Positions 1-10,119 of a stretch of 64,000 bases of DNA are shown here, in pieces. The notes under the pieces were generated by a model. It was not told the origin of the DNA, ran no database searches, and saw only the letters and a program-made list of their open reading frames with translations. This stretch comes from Pirellulales bacterium (GTDB lineage: Bacteria; Planctomycetota; Planctomycetia; Pirellulales; PALSA-1355). Position numbers and translations under genes: made by a program. Where the stretch lies: NCBI GenBank assembly GCA_963733035.1, contig CAVTBU010000004.1, forward strand, positions 352,001 through 416,000. The letters are read 5' to 3'. How positions within the stretch are numbered: position 1 is the first letter of the stretch; every line of letters begins with the position of its first letter.

Positions 1-562
1 GATCGTGGCCACCAGCGGACAACATTTCCCGCTCTATCGCCCTGCCTACCGCGAAATCTATTACAACAACCGAGCCACGGGCGGTGGCGCCGTGCAAGAT
101 GCCCTGACACACACCATCAACACGGGTCAGTGGCTCGTAGGCGGCGTGGATCGCGTGGTGGCAGACGTCGCCCATCTGGCTCTGCCGGGCGTCGAGGTCG
201 AAGACACGGCGCATGTGCTCGCACGGCATGGCAGCGTGCTTGGTTGCTACAGCTTGAACCAGCACCAAGCGCCAAATGAAACAACCATCACGGTCATTTG
301 CGAGCACGGTACGTCCCGCTTCGAAAACCACGAGAGCCGCTGGCGATGGATGTCCGAACCAGGCGGACAGTGGACCAATGAAAACGTCGAACCCCTCGAG
401 CGTGATACACTTTTCGTGCGGCAGGCCAACGCCATGCTCGACACCGTCGCCGGTAAGCAACAACCGCTTTGCTCACTGGCCGAGGCAATTCACACCCTGA
501 ACGTCAACTTGGCGATTCTGCGTTCCGCCGAGGTCGGAACCTGGGAAACAGTCTTGCCCTAA
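1..562 (+). CDS. Gfo/Idh/MocA-family oxidoreductase, C-terminal part (5' truncated by window edge)
   Basis: The frame is open from the window edge. GGGAVQDALTH resembles the GGG-x-x-D-x-x-x-H motif, and VEDTA plus a C-terminal 'EA..TL...AI..SA..G' pattern are typical of this family. Confidence 0.75.
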   Translation, partial: IVATSGQHFPLYRPAYREIYYNNRATGGGAVQDALTHTINTGQWLVGGVDRVVADVAHLALPGVEVEDTAHVLARHGSVLGCYSLNQHQAPNETTITVICEHGTSRFENHESRWRWMSEPGGQWTNENVEPLERDTLFVRQANAMLDTVAGKQQPLCSLAEAIHTLNVNLAILRSAEVGTWETVLP

Positions 563-572
563 GAGGAACTCC

Positions 573-1371
573 ATGACCGAGCCGCAACGGAGCGTCCAAC
601 AGTTGTTTGACCTGAGCGGGCGTGTTGCTCTGGTGACTGGTGCCACGGGTCATCTTGGCAGCGCCTTGGCCGCCGCACTGGCAGAGGCCGGCGCGGGTTG
701 TCGTCGGCAGCCGCGATTTGTCTAAAGCCAAAGTTGCCGCCGAGCAATTGAAGGGGGCCCAGTCGGGACGCCATTTGGGAGTTTCGATCAATCATTTGGA
801 CGAAGCGTCCATCGAACAGGGTTTCTCCGCCGCGGTTGCCGAGGCCGGACAGATCGACATCCTGGTGAACAATGGCCACGAAGGCCTGGCGGCCGATTGG
901 CGCGACGTCACCGGCGAGCAGTTCACGCGGCAACTCGCGAATGCCACGGGGTATTTCCTGCTCGCTCGCGCGCTGCGCGATCACGTGGCTGCACGAAATG
1001 CTCCGGCCAGCGTGATTCTTCTCGGTTCAATGTACGGAATGGTGGCCTCCTATCCCGATGCGTACGCAGGCATTTGTTCGGCCAGCCCCGTGGCATATCA
1101 CACGCTCAAAGGAGGGATCATTCACCTCACGAGGCATCTGGCCGTCTACTGGGCTGCCGACCGAGTGCGCATAAATTGCTTGAGCCCCGGTCCATTTCCC
1201 TCACCGCAGGCCAATGCCGAAATGGTCGAACGCCTCAAGCGGCGCTCACCCATGGCTCGCATGGGCGAACCGGAGGAGTTGAAGGGCGCGGTGGTGTTTC
1301 TGGCATCCGATGCGAGCAGCTACATGACAGGACAAAACATGGTCATCGACGGTGGTTGGACGGCCTGGTAA
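573..1371 (+). CDS. Short-chain dehydrogenase/reductase (gluconate-5-DH-like), frameshifted at ~691-697
   Basis: RBS GAGGA at 563-567 and ATG at 573 give MTEPQRSVQQLFDLSGRVALVTGATGHLG (TGxxxxG). The reading continues in the frame of ORF 640..1371 with DILVNNG, S, YHTLK (YxxxK), SPG and DGGW. Confidence 0.85.
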
Positions 1372-1444
1372 GAGGCGACTACCATGGGGTTGTCGACATT
1401 GTCCCGTCCCACCGCTCCTTCGCAGACCCATCGGGAGTCGCATC

Positions 1445-2701
1445 ATGGCCAACACGCGGCGTGACTTTCTCAAGTCGTCTCTCGTGGCTGGCGTTTCGCT
1501 CTCGATCATCCCCTTCAACCGAGACGTCGCAGCGGCCGACGCGATGTCGAACGATACCGACTATCGTCTGACGCGCGACGTGCCGACGCGCTATTTCGAC
1601 GGCGATCATTGCTGGTGCCATCCTCGCGCCGGCATCGTTCCCGACGCGGGCCAGGACGATTGTCCACGGGTGGTGATGACCATGAACACGATGGATCTCG
1701 CCGGCAGCGACGTATTCAAGGGCGTCTTCGATCTGCATACGAACGACCTGGGGAAGTCGTGGACGCAGCCTCGCAAACTGGCCTCCATGGCACCCCGGCA
1801 AGAGACGATTGACGGCGTCGAGCGACCTGTCGCAGCGAGCGATTTCTGGCCGCAGTGGCATGCGCAGTCCAAAATGCTACTCGGCACCGGACACTCGGTG
1901 GTCTATACGCCCGAGTGGAAAGTCGTGTCGAATCGCCCACGTCATACCGTATACGCCACTTACGATGCCCAGTCGGACGAGTGGATGGCCTGGCGCAAGC
2001 TGGAAATGCCGGCCGAGAAAAAGTTTGCCAATTCCGGCGCAGGGTGCACGCAGCGAGTGGATCAGCCAGACGGCACGATACTGCTGCCGTTCTACTTCAA
2101 GCCGCTCGAAAGCAACACCCGCGTGTCGGTCATGCGTTGCATGTTCGGTGACAAGGAGCTGAAGTATGTCGATCATGGCAATGAACTGGGCATTGACGAC
2201 GAAACGCGCGGGGTGGGAGAGCCGTCGCTGGCCCGCTTTGACGGTAAGTACTTTCTGACTGTCAGGCATGACAAGCGGGCTTATGTGACCCGCGGCGATG
2301 ACGGCACGCATTTCGCGCCGCTTCGCACGTGGACATTCGATGATGGCAGCGAGTTGGGCAGCTACAACACGCAGGCACATTGGGTGACACACAGCGATGC
2401 GCTATATCTCGTTTATACCCGTCGTGGCTTGAACAACGATCATGTCTTTCGAAATCGAGCGCCGCTCGTAATGGCCCAGGTCGATCCTGAGCGGCTCTGC
2501 GTGTTGCGAGATACCGAGACTTCCTTGGTTCCCGAGCGTGGTGCTCGGTTGGGCAATTTCGGAGTTACGGACGTAAGCCCCGCGGAAACCTGGGTAACCG
2601 TGGCCGAGTGGATGCAGCCGGTGGGGTGTGAGAAATATGGCAGCGACGGCAGCGTTTACGTGGCGCGAATCCACTGGAAACGCCCGAATCGACTGTTTTG
2701 A
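1445..2701 (+). CDS. Tat-exported BNR/Asp-box (sialidase-like beta-propeller) protein
   Basis: ATG at 1445 follows GGGAG and gives MANTRRDFLK (twin-arginine signal). Asp-box-like TNDLGKSW and GDDGTHF and a GVGEPS motif are present. Confidence 0.7.
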   Translation: MANTRRDFLKSSLVAGVSLSIIPFNRDVAAADAMSNDTDYRLTRDVPTRYFDGDHCWCHPRAGIVPDAGQDDCPRVVMTMNTMDLAGSDVFKGVFDLHTNDLGKSWTQPRKLASMAPRQETIDGVERPVAASDFWPQWHAQSKMLLGTGHSVVYTPEWKVVSNRPRHTVYATYDAQSDEWMAWRKLEMPAEKKFANSGAGCTQRVDQPDGTILLPFYFKPLESNTRVSVMRCMFGDKELKYVDHGNELGIDDETRGVGEPSLARFDGKYFLTVRHDKRAYVTRGDDGTHFAPLRTWTFDDGSELGSYNTQAHWVTHSDALYLVYTRRGLNNDHVFRNRAPLVMAQVDPERLCVLRDTETSLVPERGARLGNFGVTDVSPAETWVTVAEWMQPVGCEKYGSDGSVYVARIHWKRPNRLF

Positions 2702-3045
2702 CCGCCTCTGAGCAAGGCTTGCGCGGAGTTCTTCGACTTCGCCTAGCTCCCCGCTCCGCCATAGGCGCTGTGCCGGCCAGCAACGCTAGCACTTGCGACG
2801 AATCCGGCTTGCAGCCCGAGCAAGATTGTTCTATCGTCCCCACCCCTCACTGCTGCGCGCCGGTATTCGGGTGCGCGGAGTCGAGTCCCGTCAACGACTG
2901 AACGCACGATAGGCGGCGCCCGGGGGCGCCGTCACACATCAAACACAGTTCGACCAATCTTGTCTGTCCAGGGGGGCATGACACGTCTTGGAATGGATAC
3001 CATGCCAGCGCCCAAACGCTGTCCGCTTTCCGGCTGCGCGCCGCG

Positions 3046-4509
3046 ATGGCGTGCCTGGTGCGAACGCCCCTGCTGCGGTGCCTCTGTGCTGCGCTGTTTG
3101 TGTTCTTGGTGCCCGCATTGGGCCAGGCGCAAACGACACCTAGACGGATGCAGAGAACCGCGTCGAGTCGCCTTAAGAATCCACCTGAAGTCGTATCGAC
3201 GCCGCCGACGGTCGATCCATCTCAATCGACGAACACCGCACAGCCTATTTACGAGTTTGAGAGCAGCCCAGTCGACGGTTCCGGTGACGAGTACATAGAG
3301 TCGGGTGACGGTGGCCAAATCTATGACGATGGATCATTTGTCAACGGCGGTTTTGACGACGAGATGTATTGGGGAGACGGTGGCTATCGCCGCTACGGAT
3401 GCCCGGGCATTTTCTGTCACCCATTGTGCTGCCAACAACTCTACCTTCGCGCCGACTATTTGCTGTGGTGGGGAAGAGGATTCTCCGCTCCGCCGCTGGT
3501 AACCACCTCCTTGCCGAACACGAGCAGCACCGATGCCGGAGTACTCGGTCTGTCGAGCACCTCCGTCTTGTTTCCAAACGGCACTCTGGCCGGGGCATCA
3601 CAGTCAGGTGGCCGGGCGCGAATCGGGTACTGGTTCGATCCCTGCGATACAGCAGCCGTTGAAGGAACGTACTTCGCCATCGGGCAAGCGAACTCAAGCT
3701 TCTCGGCCTCGAATTCCGACTACCCGATCCTGGCGCGACCGTTCGTCAATGTGACCACCGGCTCCGTCGGGAACGCCGCTCAACTGATTGCGTATCCAAA
3801 TTTGTATTCGGGAAGCATCGCGGTCAGGGGAACGTCGACTCTGCAAGGCGCGGAAGTCATCGTGCGACACCTGATTGGTCGCGGTAACGATTGGCGACTC
3901 GACTGGACGCTGGGCTGGCGATACAACCGCCTGGATGACAACCTCAACATCACCGGCAATCGCGTCACGCTCGGAGGCGAGACGGCGCCCGTCGCCGGCG
4001 CCACGTTGACCCAGTGGGACCGATTCTCGACCAGAAACACCTTCAACGGCGTGCAGCTCGGCATGATCTCCGAGATGCGGCGGCAGCGCTGGTGGTTCGA
4101 GACTCGCGCGTCGTTGGCTCTTGGCGTCAACCGTGCGCTGGTCGATATCGGAGGACAATCGACATCCGTCACGCCCATGGGGGGCGGAAGCCAAACCGTA
4201 ACCACCCCCGGCGGATTATTGACGCAACCGTCGAACATCGGTCAGTACTACAACGATGACTTTGCCATCGTGCCGCAGATCGGTCTGAACCTGGGCTTCG
4301 AACTCACCAGCGGCCTGTGGGCCACCTTCGGCTACAACTTCATGTACTGGAGCCGCGTCGCTCGGCCCGGCGATCAAATCGACACCGACGTCAATCTCAG
4401 CCAGTCGAGTGGCGGGACCCTGGTCGGCCTGCCTCGCCCTGCCTACTCGGGTCTAACCACCGACTACTGGGCACAGGGTCTCAACTTCGGTCTGGCCTAC
4501 CGGTACTAG
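3046..4509 (+). CDS. BBP7-family planctomycete outer-membrane beta-barrel protein
   Basis: Signal peptide and acidic linker, then YLRADYLLWW, NTFNGVQLG, GYNFMYWSRVARPGDQID and a C-terminal YWAQGLNFGLAYRY beta-signal. The start could be GTG 3058. Confidence 0.85.
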   Translation: MACLVRTPLLRCLCAALFVFLVPALGQAQTTPRRMQRTASSRLKNPPEVVSTPPTVDPSQSTNTAQPIYEFESSPVDGSGDEYIESGDGGQIYDDGSFVNGGFDDEMYWGDGGYRRYGCPGIFCHPLCCQQLYLRADYLLWWGRGFSAPPLVTTSLPNTSSTDAGVLGLSSTSVLFPNGTLAGASQSGGRARIGYWFDPCDTAAVEGTYFAIGQANSSFSASNSDYPILARPFVNVTTGSVGNAAQLIAYPNLYSGSIAVRGTSTLQGAEVIVRHLIGRGNDWRLDWTLGWRYNRLDDNLNITGNRVTLGGETAPVAGATLTQWDRFSTRNTFNGVQLGMISEMRRQRWWFETRASLALGVNRALVDIGGQSTSVTPMGGGSQTVTTPGGLLTQPSNIGQYYNDDFAIVPQIGLNLGFELTSGLWATFGYNFMYWSRVARPGDQIDTDVNLSQSSGGTLVGLPRPAYSGLTTDYWAQGLNFGLAYRY

Positions 4510-4663
4510 CTGCCAGTTGAAAAATGCCGTCGTGGCATTGTTTCAACCTCGCCAAGTGCGAAGCAAAGCTCCGCACGGCTCGCAAAATAACGACTTACGT
4601 CGCTATTTTGGCATCGCATCCATACGATGACGCAGCCCGCCGAATTCTTCAACAGCCTGCTAG
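4506..4663. mobile_element. MITE-like non-autonomous element with terminal inverted repeats and CTAG at both ends
   Basis: The left end CTAGCTGCCAGTTGAAAAAT matches the reverse complement of the right end, CTAGCAGGCTGTTGAAGAAT, at 16/20 positions. There are several internal hairpins and no credible ORF. Confidence 0.65.
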
Positions 4664-4673
4664 GTTTGTCCGA

Positions 4674-5942
4674 TCAACCGCGCCGATGTGCCCGTTTTGT
4701 CGTGGCGCACACGTCGACGACGCGTCCGGTATCCGAAAGCGCCACATGAAAGCGTTGAGAACCCTCGATACGGTGGACGGATAGATGATAGGCCTCATCC
4801 GTCACCGCCAGGTACGGCCGCTCGGTTGGCGTGGCGGGAGACCGCAGGCGGCCCCACGATCCGTCGCCCAGGTAGACGATGCCATTCGTGTTCGTATGTC
4901 CGCCCAGAAGCGGATGCGTGCGTTTGTATGTATGGTCGTGGTGCTCGAAGACGGCATCCACGTTGTAGCGTTCAAAAAGCGGTACCCAATGTTTGCGATT
5001 GCCGCCGCCGGTGCCCGAGCCGTCCTCATGGTCGCCACCATAGGGTCGATACGATGGGTAGGCCGGCACGTGATTGAATACGAATACCGTGTCGCGCTCC
5101 TCGCGCGCCTTCAGCGTTTTGCCTAGCCAATCGGTCTGCTCGCCGGCAATCGGAGTGGTGTGATCGGTGTCGAGAAACACCAGCGACAGGTAGTCGCCGA
5201 AATCAAGAGCCGCGTAGCCAGTCTCCGGATAGAGCCCGTCAAACATGGCGTAAAAGAACGGGGCCTTTTCGCGCGGCTGATCATACCCGCCGTCAACTTC
5301 GTGATTGCCCAGGCACGCCAATAGCGGAATCAAACGCCCGTTTTCGTCGCGCAAGTCGCGCGAGTAGTCCTTCATGAAGGTGTAAAAGACGCCCGGGTTG
5401 CGGCCGTTCTCGTAGGCAATGTCGCCGCCGATGACGACAAAATGAGGTGCTTGTGCCGCGGCGAGTCGATTTGTTTGAGTCGTGTGCGGACCAATCCCGG
5501 CGTCGCCGCCGGAGACGAATTGAATTGCTTCCGTCGCCCTGGCCGGCATCGTGCGAAAACGCTGCTCGGCCGAATCGAGCCCCACGCGAAACCGGTAGTC
5601 GGTATCGGGCTCGAGCCCGGTAAGCTCCGCCCGGAATACCTGCTTCCCCGTCATCGGAAACGGCTTCGATTGGAAGGACTGCTTTCGCCAGACTTCGGAC
5701 TTGTCCTTGGCAAACCACGCGGGCCGCTCGGCGGCGTCGCCAGGCTCGCCGATCCACTGGATCGCCATCGTCGTGGTCGGATCCCGCCACCAGGTGCAGA
5801 ACAGCGCGGTCGGCTCAAAGGTCGCGTCGCTGGCAAACATCGGCCGAGCAAACGTTTCGCCGCCTACCAGTGAACGAGCGTAGCCGCCGGCCAAAATCAG
5901 CGAGGTCGCCTGCAGGAAACGTCGACGATTGGATTCGATCAT
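4674..5942 (-). CDS. Tat-exported purple-acid-phosphatase-like metallophosphoesterase with N-terminal FN3-like domain
   Basis: MIESNRRRFLQ Tat signal (ATG 5942), LTGLEPDTDY FN3 motif, and metallophosphoesterase motifs GD, GDIAY, GNHE, H and EHHDH. Confidence 0.85.
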   Translation of the reverse strand: MIESNRRRFLQATSLILAGGYARSLVGGETFARPMFASDATFEPTALFCTWWRDPTTTMAIQWIGEPGDAAERPAWFAKDKSEVWRKQSFQSKPFPMTGKQVFRAELTGLEPDTDYRFRVGLDSAEQRFRTMPARATEAIQFVSGGDAGIGPHTTQTNRLAAAQAPHFVVIGGDIAYENGRNPGVFYTFMKDYSRDLRDENGRLIPLLACLGNHEVDGGYDQPREKAPFFYAMFDGLYPETGYAALDFGDYLSLVFLDTDHTTPIAGEQTDWLGKTLKAREERDTVFVFNHVPAYPSYRPYGGDHEDGSGTGGGNRKHWVPLFERYNVDAVFEHHDHTYKRTHPLLGGHTNTNGIVYLGDGSWGRLRSPATPTERPYLAVTDEAYHLSVHRIEGSQRFHVALSDTGRVVDVCATTKRAHRRG

Positions 5943-6073
5943 GGGATCTAGACCCCTTGAAATGGAGTTGGTGGGACGAGTGTCCATCCTAAGGAGCCCG
6001 CCGGCGGCAAACAACCTCCGTTGGCCAAGTGGCTTATAATGTCGCGAACGTCGATTTTCTCGTTGCGATGCCG

Positions 6074-6955
6074 ATGCCCGAACTGCCCGATATTACCGTC
6101 TATCTCGAAGCGATCGAACGGCGCATCCTCGGCCTTCCGCTCGACGACGTGCGTGTTCAAAGTCCCTTTCTCCTCCGCACTTTCGACCCACCGCTTGACG
6201 CCGTGAGGGGAAAGCGAGTCTGCGCATTGCGACGACTCGGCAAGCGAATCGCGATCGGTCTGGAAGACGAGCTGTGGCTGGTGCTGCACCTGATGATCGC
6301 CGGCCGCCTGCACTGGAAAGCACGCGCGGCAAAGCTCCGCGGAATGTACCAGCTGGCGGCATTCGATTTTTCCAGCGGCACACTGTTGCTGACCGAGGCC
6401 GGTGCGAAACGGCGAGCGGCCTTGTATTTGGTCGCCGGCGATACGGCGCTCGCGCAGCACGATCCCGGCGGTATCGATGTCTTCTCGGCAACAGATCTAG
6501 AATTTGGCAAGACCATGAGTCGCCGCAATCACACGCTCAAGCGAGCTTTGGCCGATCCAAGCCTGATTAGCGGGATCGGCAATGCCTACTCGGACGAGAT
6601 TCTTCACCGGGCGCAGCTCTCCCCGCTGGCGTTGACACAAAAATTGTCGGCTGAGCAATTCTCGCGTCTTCACGCATCGACGAAAGCTGTACTCAGTGAA
6701 TGGATCGAGCGATTGCGCGAGCAAGCGGGGGACTCCTTTCCCGACGTCATTACGGCATTTCGTCCCGAAATGGCGGTGCACGGCAAATATGGTCAGCCCT
6801 GTCCTGTCTGCGGCGCGCCGATCCAGCGAATTCGCTACGCGGACAACGAAACAAACTATTGTCCGGGCTGCCAGACTGGCGGCAAGATTCTTGCCGATCG
6901 CTCGCTTTCGCGGCTGCTAAAGGACGATTGGCCGCGACACCTCGACGAGTTGTAG
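6074..6955 (+). CDS. Fpg/Nei-family DNA glycosylase/AP lyase
   Basis: N-terminal MPELPD, RLGK, HLMIAG, the H2TH motif [11 protein letters not shown], and a zinc finger CPVC...CPGCQ. Confidence 0.92.
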   Translation: MPELPDITVYLEAIERRILGLPLDDVRVQSPFLLRTFDPPLDAVRGKRVCALRRLGKRIAIGLEDELWLVLHLMIAGRLHWKARAAKLRGMYQLAAFDFSSGTLLLTEAGAKRRAALYLVAGDTALAQHDPGGIDVFSATDLEFGKTMSRRNHTLKRALADPSLISGIGNAYSDEILHRAQLSPLALTQKLSAEQFSRLHASTKAVLSEWIERLREQAGDSFPDVITAFRPEMAVHGKYGQPCPVCGAPIQRIRYADNETNYCPGCQTGGKILADRSLSRLLKDDWPRHLDEL

Positions 6956-7358
6956 GTGAGCTACAGTTACGGTGGGATGACGGGCGATTACACAGGCAGA
7001 GCAGTTTGAAAATGACCCCGCCGCAAAAGCCAGCAGATGGGCCGCTTCCGCGCCCCTTCGCGGTCCCGGATCGCTGCGCAGCTTCTCGGTCCCGCGCTAC
7101 GGTGATGCTTTCACGGCGGGGTGTGTATTAATGGTTGCCTAGCGACTCGGCTCGGACATCCCCCAAATGGATCGGCCGACAAACGAACAGACGTGCGTGG
7201 CAGGAACCTGCACCCCGAAACGCCCTTGCTAATAATACGGATACAACTTCGACGCGTTCGAATTGTGCGGAAAAAGATTGTCAAATCCATTATGCGTCGG
7301 TCAGAATAAATCCACCTAGCCGCCAAATTGCGCAGCCACTCCTGAGAGGCCCGATTCC

Positions 7359-8315
7359 ATGCCCGCCACGCTGATAGCTGTACGTTCCATTGGGGCGCGT
7401 CGAAACCTCCTGGGCGCAACATTGCTCAGTTTGCTATGGTTCACTGCCGCCCAAACATTCGCCGAGACACCAGCCGCCTCGGTAACGGCCGACGAACAGG
7501 CAATCCGCAACGCGGCCGTGGCATTTACCAATGCCTACAATGCCCATGATCCCAGCAGAATCGCGACTCTCTTCACAGCCAATGGCGAATTGGTGGACCC
7601 CAGTGGCGATGCCCAACGAGGCCATGCCGCGATTGAAGCAGTATTCGCAGCCGTGTTCGCGGAATATCCTGACGCGACCACGTCGGTCAAAATCAATTCG
7701 ATCCGCTTTCTCAGTTCGAGCGTGGCGGAAGAGGACGGTGTGGCTACCGTCGTACGCGAGCCTGGCACCGATGGCGAACCCAACCGCTACACGGCCATTC
7801 ACCTCAAACAACCGGACGGAAACTGGCTGATGGCCAGTGCCCGGGACCTGCCGGATGATGAAAATGCCTCGGCGGAGTCGCTCGACGAATTGGGCTGGAT
7901 GATTGGCGATTGGATTGACGAGAGTCCCGATGCATTGGTTGTTACCTCGTATCAATGGTCGGGCAACCACCGCTACATACTTGGGCAGTTTACGATCCGC
8001 GTCGCTGGCAAGCCGGTACTAAACGGCACTCAGCGAATTGGGTGGGATCCGTTGGAAAAAGTGATTCGCAATTGGGTGTTCGACGAGCAAGGGGGATTCA
8101 CGAGCGGCATTTGGACACGAGAAGGAAATCGCTGGATCATCAAGCAATCCGGTGTTACCAGCGCCGGCGAACCGGCCACCGCCACGAACACAATTACGCG
8201 GCTCCGCGGCGACCGCTTTCAATGGGAATCTCGCGATCGAGTGCTGGGCGGCGAGTTTCAGGACGATTCGCCCGCCGTGATTGTTGTTCGAAAGCCGCCG
8301 GAACCAGCCAAATGA
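7359..8315 (+). CDS. Secreted NTF2-like (DUF4440/SgcJ-EcaC-like) two-domain protein
   Basis: Signal peptide, the NTF2-like 'AFTNAYNAHD...LFT..G...G..AIE' pattern, and a second domain 'LDELGWMIGDW...IGWDP...IRNWVFD..GG' typical of planctomycetes. Confidence 0.75.
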   Translation: MPATLIAVRSIGARRNLLGATLLSLLWFTAAQTFAETPAASVTADEQAIRNAAVAFTNAYNAHDPSRIATLFTANGELVDPSGDAQRGHAAIEAVFAAVFAEYPDATTSVKINSIRFLSSSVAEEDGVATVVREPGTDGEPNRYTAIHLKQPDGNWLMASARDLPDDENASAESLDELGWMIGDWIDESPDALVVTSYQWSGNHRYILGQFTIRVAGKPVLNGTQRIGWDPLEKVIRNWVFDEQGGFTSGIWTREGNRWIIKQSGVTSAGEPATATNTITRLRGDRFQWESRDRVLGGEFQDDSPAVIVVRKPPEPAK

Positions 8316-8379
8316 CGCGGAGGCTCGACGCTACACCCGTTCGTTTTGAGAATGCCTGATAGTGCGTGGGGAATAGGCG

Positions 8380-9960
8380 ATGATTCAAAAGGTAAAACCA
8401 CTGGCCTGGTTCTTGGCCGTAATGCTCGCGCTGCCAGTCGCATCGGTTGAGGCCCGCGGCGGCCGTGGCGGTGGCGGATTTCACGGCGGTGGCGGCGCGC
8501 GCGGTGGCGGCGGAATGCACGCGGCCAGCCGCCCGGCGGCGAACCGTTCGCCTTCGTTGAGCCGCCCTCAACAGGTCTCGCGACCGTCGGGAGCAGGGCT
8601 GAGCCGCCCGGCGATTGGCGGCGGAAATGCACCCGGAGTTTCGACCCGCCCGTCGCTGCCGAATCGCCCTTCCATATCTTCGCGCCCGAATACCCCCGGT
8701 CGCCCGGGCCAACCGGATCTTCCAGGCGCAGGTAACCGACCAAACATCGCGCAGCGTCCCAACCTTCCCGAAGGAAATCGACCCGGTTTCGACGGCAACC
8801 GGCCTGGCGTCGGAAACCGACCAGGGCGTCCCGGCGATGGCGGCAATCTGGCGGGACGTCCCGGCAATCGACCGGGCAACAACCATTGGGACAACCACCA
8901 CATCAACCACGACTACTGGCAGCATGGCCGCTGGCACGACAACTGGAACTACGGTTGGTACAACCGGCCATCGGCCTGGTGGTGGGGAGGATTTGCAACC
9001 GGCGCAATCGCCGCTTCCATTCCCTGGTCGTGGGGCTATTGGTCTTACACCAATCCCTATGCCGCACAACCGATCGTGGTCAACAACGTGGCGTACGACT
9101 ATTCTCAGCCCTTGGCCGCAAGCGATACGTACGCCGACGACGCAGTTCCCGCCGGCCAGCCGACGCCAGCCGAACTCGCCGCCAATTTGTTCGACACTGC
9201 CCGTCAAGCGTTCTACCAGGGCGACTACGAGACTGCGCTGGCGAAGGTCAACGAAGCAATCGCGCAAGCGCCCGACGATGCTACGCTGCACGAATTCCGC
9301 GCTCTCTGCTGGTTCGCGACTGGCAACTACAAGGAGTCCGCGGCGGCGCTTTATGCTGTCCTGTCGGCCGGCCCTGGTTGGGACTGGACAACATTGAGCG
9401 GCCTCTATCCAAGCACGGATGTGTACACGAAACAATTGAGAGCTTTGGAGTCGTACGTCGAAGCACATCCACAGGAGCCGCAGGCACATTTCGTGCTTGC
9501 TTATCACTACCTGACGTGCGGCCAGACCGACGCGGCCAAGGGTCAGTTGCAAGACGTTGTTCGACTAAACCCGCAGGACACGCTGTCCGCCCAGCTGCTG
9601 GCCAGCCTCGTTCCACCGGCCGAGCAACCTGCCCCTGCCGCGACTCCGCCGGCACCCGCAGCCCCCGCCGCACCCATCACGGCGGCAACTCTGGCCGGCA
9701 ATTGGAAGGCGTCGCAACCCGATGGCACGACAATCGCACTGCGGCTAGGAAAGGATTCTCAATACGTTTGGAGCGTTTCCAGGAACAAGCAGCAACAAGA
9801 ATTCAGCGGCAAATATACGGTCGCGGACAATCTGCTGGTACTCAACCAGGACGGCAATCCGGCAATGGTGGGCCAGGTGGCGGACGCGACGCCCCGCGGT
9901 TTCAATTTCCGCCTACCCGGCGCGGCTCCGAGCGATCCTGGCTTGAGCTTCACGAAATAG
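8380..9960 (+). CDS. Secreted protein with Gly/Arg/Pro-rich low-complexity repeats, a Trp/Tyr-rich segment and TPR repeats
   Basis: Signal peptide, RGGRGGGG and many (N)RPG units, then WWWGG/WSWGYW. TPR-like helices follow (ARQAFYQGDYETAL, LHEFRALCWF, AHFVLAYHYL), then a C-terminal beta domain. Confidence 0.75.
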   Translation: MIQKVKPLAWFLAVMLALPVASVEARGGRGGGGFHGGGGARGGGGMHAASRPAANRSPSLSRPQQVSRPSGAGLSRPAIGGGNAPGVSTRPSLPNRPSISSRPNTPGRPGQPDLPGAGNRPNIAQRPNLPEGNRPGFDGNRPGVGNRPGRPGDGGNLAGRPGNRPGNNHWDNHHINHDYWQHGRWHDNWNYGWYNRPSAWWWGGFATGAIAASIPWSWGYWSYTNPYAAQPIVVNNVAYDYSQPLAASDTYADDAVPAGQPTPAELAANLFDTARQAFYQGDYETALAKVNEAIAQAPDDATLHEFRALCWFATGNYKESAAALYAVLSAGPGWDWTTLSGLYPSTDVYTKQLRALESYVEAHPQEPQAHFVLAYHYLTCGQTDAAKGQLQDVVRLNPQDTLSAQLLASLVPPAEQPAPAATPPAPAAPAAPITAATLAGNWKASQPDGTTIALRLGKDSQYVWSVSRNKQQQEFSGKYTVADNLLVLNQDGNPAMVGQVADATPRGFNFRLPGAAPSDPGLSFTK

Positions 9961-10119
9961 TCTGCCCCGGCCGGTGCAGCAACGGTGGCAAGCGGCGTAC
10001 CTCGACGAACGTCGGCTTGAGGAACCAACCGTCACGTGGGGTTGGCCGCGACGTGTCGAGCCCGTTAGAATTCCAGCCAAGGATTACTGGAACGCTTGAT
10101 ACAACGATCACAGGAAACG

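Noticed and set aside
10021..10045. ECF/general-stress promoter GGAAC...GTT upstream of treZ
   Set aside because: The spacing and -10 match are poor, so it is too weak to call.
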